NCBI RefSeq assembly: GCF_009834535.1
Contig: NC_045697.1
Coordinates: forward strand, 97,590,001-97,654,000
Direction of reading: 5' to 3'
Source: Camelus ferus
Lineage: Eukaryota
DNA: 64,000 nt
How positions within the stretch are numbered: the first letter of the stretch is position 1; the number at the start of each line of letters is the position of its first letter. Below the pieces are notes generated by a model, which ran no database searches, was not told the origin of the DNA, and saw nothing but the letters and a program-made list of their open reading frames with translations. This document shows positions 13,386-24,779 of this stretch, piece by piece. The position numbers were made by a program, and so were the translations under genes.

Positions 13386-14345
13386 GTTAGCCGGTTTTAT
13401 TCAGACAAAGAGAGTGTAAGGCAGAGTTGATTTGGATGGCATTATGTGGGAAGGAGTAGGGAGAAGTAAGGAATTAATAATGGGATAAAATAATTAACAG
13501 TAACAATAAGTATCCTCAGAAAGGCAGAGATTAACTGATGGCAGAAAGAAGGAGAAGATAAGGATGCTCGAGAGTCTACATTTTTAAAATTTACTGGGAA
13601 ATGGGCCTCATATTGATGAACAGACTTGTAATTTTCTTTTTTCCTTTAACAAAGTATCCCTAGATTTCAAGTTTGAGACCTAGTTTAGATATTCTCCTAA
13701 TTTTTATAAACTTACTATTTTTGAGCGGGGTTTCACATTTTTACCACCACCCACTCCATACAGTTACAAGTATTTCCAAAATGTTTTAATCCTTTGATAT
13801 CTCGGAGACCGCTAATACTGGAGAGAATAAAAAAGATCTAAAGCAACAGTAAGAGTGAGGCTCATCCCCAAATGAGCAGGCTAGCCTCCTCTTTACCTTC
13901 ATAGCCACAGGACAGGAATGTTACCTCATTGCTGAAATGGGAGAGTGTCACAGAAATGGAGGTAGTTCAAATAAGACATAAAGCCCTACCTGGCTAGTTC
14001 CATTACCCACATACACTCACACAAACTAGTCTTCCTTCGTAGGGATTAACTAAATCAAATATTCAACTTCAATGTATTTTATCTTCTATTTTAGAAATTT
14101 CTTAACATTCTGAACACTTGGGGAGAAAAAGATAATGATCATTATTCCACAGGATAATTTAAAATGAAGTGCTCACCAAGACAACATCAAGGGTAATGAT
14201 GTTGTCAGATGACCGTAGGCAAAAGCCTCCTGAAATATTTTTTATAGCCCAAAGAATACACCTGATATTTATTTAATACCTATCCCACAGATTCTTCATT
14301 ATATTACTTATAATCACATAATTAGGTAGTTAACTACTTTCATTT

Positions 14346-14668
14346 AGACCAGCAGCATTGAAATCATCTAGAAACTTGTTAGAAATGTAGGCTTTGGGGT
14401 TCCAACCCAGAGTTAATGAATTAGAATCTACAGTCTGATAAAGTCCACAGATGATTTTTATATATGTGTAAGTGTGAGACACATTAATCTAGAACAATGT
14501 TTCTCAATATATGCTTCATATCAGAATAATCTAAGATATATATAAAAAAAAATAATGCCCAGAGTTTACCAGTAGAGATTTATTTAATTAGCCTTCAGTG
14601 GGACGCTGGCATCAGTTTTTTTTGCTTCTCCCATGATTCTGTTGCACATCTAGTGTTCATAACAACTG
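14346..14668. mobile_element. Tandem MER5-family hAT MITEs (MER5B-like then MER5A-like)
   Basis: accagcagcattgaaatcatctagaaacttgttagaaatgtag is followed by the spacer atctagaa (14487-14494). The second copy runs caatgtttctcaa...aacaactg and is followed by atccagat, an NTCTAGAN-type target. Confidence 0.75.
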
Positions 14669-17600
14669 ATCCAGATAAGCAAATGGGTAATTTTGAAAAA
14701 CTCAAAAAAATCTGCTTAAAAATAAGTAAAATCTCTTTCCTCCAAAACTGAGCTTATCACAATGTGATACTGACATTTAAACAAAATTGAGAAAGATCTC
14801 TTTTATTACAAACCAGAGAAAACCTCCTCACCATTGGGGAAACAGGCTGGTATAGGAGGAAAGCTTTTATCCAAGACGGAATCTTGATGAGGAACAACAA
14901 AGGGACACAGTGGACAAATAGGAAGGTGTATGAATAAAGCTGAGTTCTCATGACGATCAACAAAGTAGAGATAGAATCTGGAAATATCAAAGCATTTTAG
15001 AGAGAGAACATGTAATTACTCTAGTCTGGAATAAGACAAAATTCAAGCCAGATATAAGATCCAAAGGAAAAAATACCAAAAAGGGAAGGCAGTTGGTCAA
15101 AAAAGAAAAATGATCAGGAACCAAAATATTCACCAGTGAGTCCTAGATTTTCTGGTTAATTTCTAGCCTTGACAATAAAATTTTTATTGGTTTATTTGAG
15201 GTATTTCATTTGTCTTCTAGTTTCTGCACATGCAAAGACCAGTTCCAACTGTAACTATCTCAGAACCCACAGACAGAGGAAGAAAGCAATTGCACAGATT
15301 TAGAGCAGAGAGAGTGGGGATGGGAACACCAGGCTAAGTCATTCCATGTCATCTTCTATTTCATTGACTGACTGGAGCCCGGGTGTTCTCCCTTCTGAGT
15401 TTGTTAAATGCACGATGTTCCTCACTGTAACACTAGACATTATATATACATGGTGAGTAATGTACAAATGGTGAAAATTAATGTTATAGGTAAATATTGC
15501 CCATTTGGCTAGATGGATGTAATTTTGTAAATTCTGGAAGGTTTCGGTAATGACTTGCAGATGTGCTAAAGGAGAGACGTCTTCATTGTTACTCTTACTG
15601 TTGATGCCTTTACTAAAACCTTTGTTAAATTTGCATTTAGTCACATATTTCCAAGGTGATAATTAATAGTATATAAAAATTCACAGTTAAATAATCCAAT
15701 ACAAGCTAAAGAATCCACATAATTCAGAAATGAATTCCTAGCAAAGTAATAGGCAATGAAACTTTTATAGCCTCTCTTAAAAAGATAGTCAGAATTCCCT
15801 TTTTGTTTTGTTTCTATACCAATAAGAATTTTTAACTTACTAGGGACCACATATGTGAGAAAAGAAAGACTAGCCATGGAGAGAAGGTTTTTTTGGTAAA
15901 TGAAAGGCTGAAATATTTACAAAATTACTGATTTTAAAAAAATGTTTGCAATGTTGCAGAATCTGTTCTTGCCATTAAAGATATTATTATCACAGGCTTT
16001 CCTAATAATTTTCATGTGGGGTCAAAATCATTGTTGACACAGGCCAACACTGTGTCTGCTCTTGCTCCAGGTAAAAATCTGCTAAAGTCAGGATTATAAC
16101 ATCTAAATATTAAGGACATTTCTGAAATATCAAAGACTTCTTAGATAATCCATTCTGAATGAGTCACTGAAAAAGATACTTTTCCCGGAAGCTGGTTCAA
16201 TACTAAGTGTGAAGTAAATTAAACTTAAAATCCCTATCAAGTTTGAAAATATTTTAATTTATCTTTTTCATCTATTTTAAGAATCACAATATTAACGGAA
16301 ATAAAAACGTTTGAAAATTACCTCTGCAGTGTTTGGAATTCTTAATAAAACTCCTAAGCAGCCATAGGCAATTATAGTTAGACTTCTCATTGGAAATCTA
16401 ATCCTACGTGATCATTTTACAGAATAGAGAACGTTTCATTTACAGGGTCCTTTTTTAATCATAAAATGCTGTCTGTTTTTGGAAAGTATGTGTGATTGTA
16501 AAAAAAAATATGATATCATTTCTCATTTTGGTAAAACTTGGCTCTTCTCAACAATCAAATCTACAGTCTGTCTCTCATTTTGGATGAGGATAAAATCTTT
16601 TCTGCCCTGCCTTTCCCAATCTCTCCTTACTTTTTCTGATCCTTTAAAGTTTTTAAGTGAAATTTACCTTTAAACTTACTACACTTTTTGAGCAACTCTT
16701 CTGGCATATTCATACTAAAGTATTTCTTCTTGTAAATTTCAAATTAATCCCACAAAGTTAACCCTTTCTTCACTTATGGCGAGCCAGAAATGAAATTAGT
16801 ATTGCAGAAGCCTTCTTTTAGAGTAAGACAAGAATTTCATAGTCTCTTCATTTGGTTGTACAACTAACACCCCTGGGACTTTTCTGGTTACCTTCAGAGG
16901 AATGGTTTAGATCTTGAATATTAATGTTTTCAATCACTGAAGAAAATGCTGTGATTGTTGTGGGCTCTGTAACACTATTTTTCTAATGAAACACATAAAT
17001 TTATTTCAGAATTGGAGGGCTGTTTGGCCTTCACATGTTCAGTAAACTCTGTAACTTAAGTAGGTCTGTAGATGTGATAGGAAATTCATCTGAAAAACAA
17101 AAAAAATCAAAACAAAAAAGGAGATTGACAATAAAAAAGAGAAAATGTAGTTAGTCCTAGAGAAAAATAAAAGTTATAACCCATAATAAGCAAAGATGAC
17201 TTAACTCAGAAGTCATTCAACCCAGCAGCAAATGAAAATGGAAATTTATGGGAATTAGTAGAAAAGGGAAATAGAGGGAAAATGAAGGTGTTGTGGTGAA
17301 GATATTGGATAATGTCAATGAAAAAGTAATTATTGGAGAGAATAGCCGAAGGAAATCTGTGGTTATGCTTGCTTCCAAAGGAGAAGTGAAAATTTACCAC
17401 CTAGTGTGTTTCTTGTCTTGAACTCAACTCCTTATCTATCAAAATTATATCCCCTCATTTCAATTATAAATCAATTATTTGAATACTTTTTGATGAGATA
17501 AGTTGAAGTTATCCAAGATTTATATATTTTTCAAATAGGTTTATTCCTTGAGTCTGAATCATTTCTCACCTCAACATTCTAATAATATACAAACCACTAT

Positions 17601-18211
17601 ATTGAGTTGATCAAAAGTATCATGCCATTGCTCTAAAGTAAATAGCTTTTTTTTTTCATATTTTTTTATTTGAACATTTTGGAGGTTTTAAATCATGGCC
17701 CTTAATCTTTGGTACCCTTTCTATTCAATAGTAAAGACAAACTCCCTGCTAAGCCCTGCTCAACTTGCAGATTTGTGAGCAAAATAACAAATTATTATCG
17801 CTTAAAATCACCAAGTTTGGGGTTCCTTTGTTACACAGTAATAGATAAGTGATACAGAAATTTTTTTTTTAACCTGAGGCAGGGTGATTCCATAACAAAA
17901 AACAACATGGGTCTTTGATAAGAGGTTGGGCAGCAAGTGGAAGCCAGAAAACCCTTGAGGGGAGTCTTGGTGTAAAAGAGCCCAAAGGCCATTTAGGAGG
18001 TTGTTCCTGAGGGTTTAAAAGAGAATAAAGGAAATAGTACTGGCAGCTGGAAAAAGGGAGACTCACTATGCAATGGTGGAAGTGTTGGCAGCCTGCCTCC
18101 TGCAGTAAATGTGGAAAATAGGAAATGACTCTAGTAAATTCAGTGATCTAGGATATTGAAAAAGACCCCATAGCTGCTTCCTGACAGCTATGATCAAAAT
18201 GCAGGAGGAGT

Positions 18212-18331
18212 GGGGGAGGGTATAGCTCAGTGGTAAAGTGTGTGCATGCACGAGATCCTGGGTTCAATCCTCAGTACCTCCATTAAATAAACAAACAAAC
18301 AAACAAACCTAATTACCCCCTTCTCCAAAAC
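18212..18331 (+). mobile_element. tRNA-derived SINE (Vic-1-like) inserted in the MLT1 internal region
   Basis: gggggagggtatagctcagtggta...cctgggttcaatcctcagtacctcca, tail (aaac)n-ctaattaccccc, and TSD aatgcaggaggag/aatgcaagaagag. Confidence 0.92.
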
Positions 18332-19122
18332 AATGCAAGAAGAGAGAGGGTGCAAGGTGAGGGAATGCAGTGTGAAGTAATAAGGAGCCAGAATTTGCTA
18401 AGTTCAGAAACAAAACACTTTCTTTCTAGGCCATTTTGTATGACCAAAAAATTCTCAAAACAAATACTCTTATGCCCCAAATCTAATTCTGGGATAGTTT
18501 TTAATATCTCAGAAAGAATTGAGGTGGTGGTGACTCAGGAACCCTTCCAAAGAGAAAGGCTTATAGGAATCAGAAGGGCATGTCTTACAAATCCTCTCCA
18601 TTTAACAATGAAGCTTCTAGAAGTCTTAAAGCTGTGGTCTCAGAAGTTCTGCTTCAGGGAGCCCAGCATGAAAGAGGACTTACTGCAGAAAGACTTGTGG
18701 TTGTGGCTCTTACGTAATAGAAATGAATTACATTCATGGAAAGCTCACTCAATTTTTAATAGAATTGTTCTGGTCAAAATAACTCTGGTCAAAATAAAAT
18801 GGAAACAGGTCTTTGGATCCCAAAACTTTAAAGGGATTCAGAGAGCAGAACCGTGAGCCTAGAAAAGGGAGACGGGAACCATAGTCAGTAATTCCTGAAG
18901 AACCACACTCAGGTCTGACTATCCAAGTCCCAGCTGGAGTTTATAATTGTGATATATTAGCTGACTGCTGTGTGCCTCTTGTTACTCCCTTTTTAATGGG
19001 AATGTCTATGGCAATTATTTTATGCCTGTTCCCTTGTTCTGTGTCTTATGTGTTATAGAGAAAATAACTTGCTTAGGTCCCAGGTCTTCAGATGAGCAGA
19101 ATCATCCTTAAGGAGCTGTCAC

Positions 19123-19176
19123 AAAAACAAAAACAAAAACAAAAACAAAAACAAAAACAAAAACAAAAACAAAAAC
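19123..19176 (+). repeat. (AAAAAC)9 microsatellite
   Basis: Perfect hexamer repeat read directly. Confidence 0.95.
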
Positions 19177-20112
19177 CCAAATCCAAGGAGCCTCACCTAC
19201 ACCCTGGACTGACCTGGACCTGCCTTAGTTGATGAAACCATTACAGAATTGGTCTCAGGCTTTGACACCTGAGACCAATTCTGTAATGGGGTAAAGCGTT
19301 GATGGGTCTTGAAAGAGAATCTATTTCACACGTGGAGAGAATGTAAATAATTAGTGGCCAGAGGGCATACTGTGGCACTTTAAAAGCATGATTCCAACTG
19401 CTTTGCCGTTCCTCCTATTGATCAGGTTTATGTTCTTTATGCTTAAATTTCAGGTCTTCAACCGCTTAACCAACAGTAGATGGCTGAAGTAATTCTATAC
19501 TAGTTTCTGGAGCCGGGGCTTAAAAGTGTGGATTCCAGTTTCCCGTATTTTGTGATAGGTCCCGGGACGTAGCCCCTTCCCCATAGGAGGAGGAGACTCG
19601 GGCAGCCCGTGGAGAGGCCAGTATAAGTGAAAACCAAGCCCGAAGCTTTCAGTTTGCACTAATTTGCCAGCGTTACCTGCGAACTACTTTGGAAGTAGAT
19701 CCTGCAGGCCACAGTCATACTTTAGGAGAAGCAGAGAACTGACCTCACTGAGTCCTGTTCAAATTGCATATACGTGAGTGAAATAAATGATGCATGTTTT
19801 CTGTAACGAAGTTTTACGGGATGGGGGTGGGGGGTGTTGTAATGCCGCAATAGGTAACTGACGCAAATTTACTGTTGCAAACCAAAATGCAGTGATCCTT
19901 TACATCTATAAATGTGCATCCCTACGAATTCTTAAACCCTAAGTGCTCTCAAAAGATCTCTCTGCTAATTGACATGTTGTCTTGATACAAATTTGTTGCC
20001 ATACATTATTTCTATAAGTTCCGTACAGTAACTTTGGAGCGGGATCTATTATTTGCACATGGGATAGGTCTTAATTAAAATGTATACAAAAATTAAGCTT
20101 TTGTAGAAGGCC

Positions 20113-20562
20113 AGTATTAATCAAGGTTCTCTAGAGAAACAGAATCAATAGAAGAGAGGAAAAGGGATTTTTTTTTTTTTAAAATAAGGAATTGGCTCAT
20201 GCTGTTAGGAAGCTGATAAGTCTAAAATCTGCTGGGCCAATACCTCAGTTCAAGTCTGAAGTTCTGCAGGTTGCTTTATGTAGAACAAGGAACAGCTGAT
20301 CTCCCAGTTCAAAGGCTGTCATTTAGGAGAATTTCTCTTACTCCAGGAGGGTCAGTCTTGTGTACTACTCAGTCTTTCAGTAGTTTGGATGATCACAGAG
20401 GGGAGTGTGCCTTACTCAGTCCACCAGTTTACTTATTAACCTTATATAAAAGCAACCTCATAACACCCCCAAAAGCATCTTAAAACACCCAAAATAACGT
20501 TTGATCAAACATCTGGGCACCCCATGGCCCAATCAAGTTGACACAGAACATTAACCATCAAA
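20113..20562 (-). mobile_element. ERVL solo LTR (MLT2-family)
   Basis: Ends gtattaatcaaggttctctagagaaacagaatcaatag and cccaatcaagttgacacagaacattaaccatca match the MLT2 termini. Confidence 0.85.
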
Positions 20563-21469
20563 ATGAGTATTTAGAACAAATAAATATTTCGTGAAATATA
20601 TGAGGTAAAAATACTACCCCCCAAAAAAGAATTTCTACTCTTGAAAAAAATTTCATTTTTTCATGCCCTCAAAGAAATATCACTGTCTAAATTAACTTCT
20701 ATGTGTGCCTGACTTTTCAATCTGTCTTTGAAAGCATCTTATCATTATAGGCTTACATTACTTCCTACCACTGAAAGTCTTTAATTGGATACCCTACTGC
20801 TTTGTAATTATACATACAAGGCATACAACTTGATCTTGTAACTGGATTCACACTGAAATTTTCTCCAAATGAAAGCACTATAGATTAATGCCACATTTCC
20901 AGTTACTCAAACATTTTTGAGGGGAAAACTATTTCAAATAAATGTATTTTCTACTGTTCAAATCTTTTACAGATTCTTGACTTTATGCAAATATTTTGAC
21001 ATTGCAGTTGTCAGTGGTTAAAAACAACTACTGATTACCCTTGGCCATTTTCAAAGACATTGGAACTCTTAAACATTATGCTATATTTTGTTACACAGCA
21101 TATATGGCATCTAATTATCATTTAAAGGCAAGAATGTAAAAAAATGTAAAGAATTTCAGGCACAATCCAGGCAGAATTACACAGTTAATACTACATCTTG
21201 CTTCAAAACTTGGAAAGATTATTTCTCTTTTTTCAGAGTTGGAAAGTATACTATCACTTTCAGTAAATTCAGAAATCACAGTGTGGCATTAAGAATTGTA
21301 TACAGAGGTTAATTTACAGAGATTAACTTGTTTTATTTCAGAGATTTGAATGTGCTTATAGAGCCGGTTAAGTAATCATTTAAGCCCTGAACCACCATTA
21401 CATATATTCCTCGCTTATTTCCCACTGGTTTATCAATACTGCATTTTAAAATAGTTAGAAGTTAACCCA

Positions 21470-21670
21470 GGACTGAGCCTGATATCTGGATCTGTCATTA
21501 ATTAGCTATTTGACCCGGCACAAATTATTTAACCTTCCTGAAACTCAGTTTTCTTGACTGAAATGGGAATAATCATAGTCCCTACCTGATAGGATGATAG
21601 CAAAATTTAAATAAGGCAGATACCTGAAATGTTTAGCAGAGGATGTTTTAAACTTTCAGTAAGTGCCATC
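21470..21670 (+). mobile_element. MIR SINE relic
   Basis: agctatttgacccggcacaaattatttaaccttcctgaaactcagttttctt...aaatgggaataatcatagtccctacctgatagg. Confidence 0.8.
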
Positions 21671-23874
21671 TATAATTATTTTAAACACAACTTAATTGGT
21701 GTTATTTCTGAAATGAATGTTATTGCAAATCCTCTCCTCAGGAAATTCAGCTGTTTTAAGGGAGCCTCTACGTCACTCAGATCTTGGGCTTCAGTAACTA
21801 TAGGACTATAACATGTGTTGACATTTTCAACTGAACATGAAGATAAGTTCAAGAGTCCTTAAGTTTTATCCACCGCCCGCCCCCTCCCGTGACAGATAAC
21901 CAGTGTTCATTTGACTTCTTACAGTTTTCATGCACAGTTTCAGGTATCTCCTGTTTGCTACTTTTAGACATTCTCCCTCTTTGTTCTTGTTTTTTTTCAT
22001 TCCTAATTAGGCATCTCTGTTGGGTAGCTGACTCTTCTTTGCACCAGGCACAGATGTCTCTTCAATAAGTGCCACTTCAGAAATTTAGAAAGGGAGGTAC
22101 AGGTAGGGTCAAGGCTATGAAATAAAATTAAGTTTGTGAAACAGATGGATGTTAACATCTTCCTTCAAACTGGACAAATGAAATAGGATATGGAGATAGT
22201 CTTTCCTCCTTACATGACATACTTGCTGCAATTCGACCACTCCTGTCAAACATGGAGTTTAAAAGAACTTAAATGACTCCCATGACCACTGTCATGGGCA
22301 TACCCAGGCATGTACATGTGTGCATACAATAGTTTTCTAAAAACCACACCACACTACTTATTTTCAGGTCTGAGCTGTCAGAAACTTGGGTAGCATGAAC
22401 ACATCAGCACAGTTTCTTCCTTGAAAGTGTTTTATATAGATTTGAGTTAGAAGTTAGCAAACACTATCTAATAGTTTGATTTGTGATTATTGAGTTCTTA
22501 CATATTATAAAGCATGATAATTTCCTTAAAAATACTTGCTGAAACATGTGGAAATCATGCATAATGCATAAATTTTCCTTGAATCAAATTGATGACATGA
22601 AGATTTTTCTTAAGGATTTTGAAAAGACACATTACCATACTCTTGGTGATGTAGTTCTCAATCGTTATTGTCATTCACTCAGTCATTTCAAGGAAGGGTC
22701 TCAACTCAGGTCTGTCCTTCCCAAGTGAAGAACAACACAGCCTGGGTCAGCCTAGCCCAAGGTCAGAAGGGTCTGATCTTTTCATCAGGAGCATCATCTG
22801 TTTGCTGGGGTTGGTTCAGTCATCATGTTCTTATGAAAATGGGGGCGGGAAGTAGACTCCATCAGGTGTTGCTCAGGGATCTCTCTGTGTTGATGTTTAA
22901 TACATGCTGGGAGTGTTGTAAAGATCTCAGATGGAGAGGAAGTTTCTGTATTTCATTTCCATGACTATTCTTTGTTTTGAGCTATTAAGGGGGAAACTAC
23001 AGTGATAAGGTACTTTGGATCTTGTTCTAGAATGCAAGTTAGACTTGCTTGTCTGCTCTAAGTTAAATTGTGGATGGATTAAAATAGCTTGTGCCAGCAT
23101 GCTGAAGTTACAGGAATGAAGTAAGCTCTGGAGAATCAGGTTAGTAGCTGTGGCCAGGGTTCCACAAATAACCTAGCATCGCCATATTTAAATTAGAAAT
23201 GAAAATGTTGTCCGGATCTAATGAGCTGTTTGAGGGCCGCTGTGAGATAACTGTGCCAGAGAAATCTGCTTTTGCCATTATGCCCACAGTTCCTGCCTCC
23301 TGAGGCAGCAGCATCATCCACTCCTTGGAGCACTTTAAAGATACCATGGGAATGATTTGCCCATCTCCTAGCCCTCATAATGCTCATATCAGCCCTGAAC
23401 AAAATGTTTTTCAGAGTGAAAAATAAGACATTAATGACTTATAAATATGCATTGAGATAAATAAGACAAAAAATGAAAAGTCAATATTGGAGCACACGTT
23501 TCTGATCCGGCAGCCACCTCAGCAGCCCAGCTGCTATTACTGTGCAAGTCCTACCAATTAGAAAACTTCCTCCGCTACTACTAACTCAGCCTGTAAAATC
23601 CATTTCCCCCTAGAGATTATATATCCAACAATAATAAATACAGTGGCAACATGTCTCGTCTTAACTGTTAGAAATTCATATTGAAATATGAATTATATTA
23701 ACTTATTATAGGATGGTTATAGAAGTACATAGGGAAATTGTCAGTTATAATGAGATCTTGATGGTATTTAACATAACTAGACCTCTTAGGTGGTAGACAA
23801 GATGCCCTTGTATATGAAAAATTCTAAATCAAAGTAGGTCAATTCTTTAATCCATCCAACAAAAATAATAGTCT

Positions 23875-24065
23875 AATGGTTACTTACTGTAGGCCAGGCA
23901 TTGTGCTTTAGTTCCTCATGAAGATGACACTACTAAATTCTAACCATGATCAAGTCTGTCATTCCCATTGTGCAGATGCACAAATTACAGCTTGTAAAGG
24001 TTAACTAGATTATTCAAGGTCGCAAAGCTAGTTGTGGAAAAAAATCAGGAATTTAAGCCAGTGCT
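23875..24065 (-). mobile_element. MIR SINE relic
   Basis: ccaggcattgtgct...attcccattgtgcagatg...aaggttaac...caaggtcgcaaagctagt. Confidence 0.7.
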
Positions 24066-24379
24066 TATCTTACTATCATGAACAATTTCTTACTATTATT
24101 CTTTACTATCCCAATTAATGTTCTGAACACAAAAATCATGTGAGGCATTAAGTTAAATGTAAGAATATATAAATATGAAAGTTCTCCAGATTTCACACTC
24201 CAGCTATTAAAACTAGTTCGATGATAAAAGCAGTACTGAGAGTCTTTGTGACATCTGTTGTAGCCCAGGGCAGGGAGTGGTTAACCCTATTTGGAAGAGA
24301 TATATCAAAGAGAAGTTTTTGAACTATAATTTGAAAAGTGAATATGTGGACAGCAACAGAGGGGAGGGGAGGCAAGGTA

Positions 24380-24700
24380 GACTTGTGTGTGAAAACACAT
24401 TGGGTGTGGAAAAATGTCAGGTGTATTCAAGGAATTAAAAATTTGCCAGTAGGTTGCTTTATCTGGAGTGTGGAAATCAAGTAAATCAATCAGACTGGAA
24501 AGGGATAGGGTTGAAAAGCTGAGAACTAAGCAATCTTGCATGTCATGCTAAAGAATTTGCATTTGATTCAGTAGATGATGGGAAGCCATTGATAAGTTAT
24601 AAAGAAGGGCAACATTAGCAAAGCTGATATTTTGGAAAGCGGTGGTCAATGAGGAATCTGTTGCAATCATTTTCAGTTGAAGATGAAGAAACTGAGTACA
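24380..24700 (-). mobile_element. L2 relic
   Basis: catgctaaagaatttgcatttgattcagtagatgatgggaagccattga is typical antisense L2. Confidence 0.6.
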
Positions 24701-24779
24701 ACCAGCTATCTGATACTGGTGATGGAATTGATGTTAATCATTTTAAAAACTGGCATGTAAAACATTTTTTTCAACCTCT

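Larger units (their letters stand above)
17678..19865 (+). mobile_element. MaLR element with both LTRs (MLT1F/G/H-like): 5'LTR 17678-17856 (internally deleted), internal region, 3'LTR 19371-19865
   Basis: The two LTR ends are related (gtaatagataagtgataca versus gcaataggtaactgacgca), as are the starts (ttttaaatcatg versus ttttaaaagcatg). The typical MaLR junction ggccagagggcatac precedes TGTGG at 19371. Confidence 0.8.

Noticed and set aside
12958..13430. Overlapping ORFs of 87 and 104 aa
   Set aside because: They lie within a solo LTR and a MIR and have no coding features.
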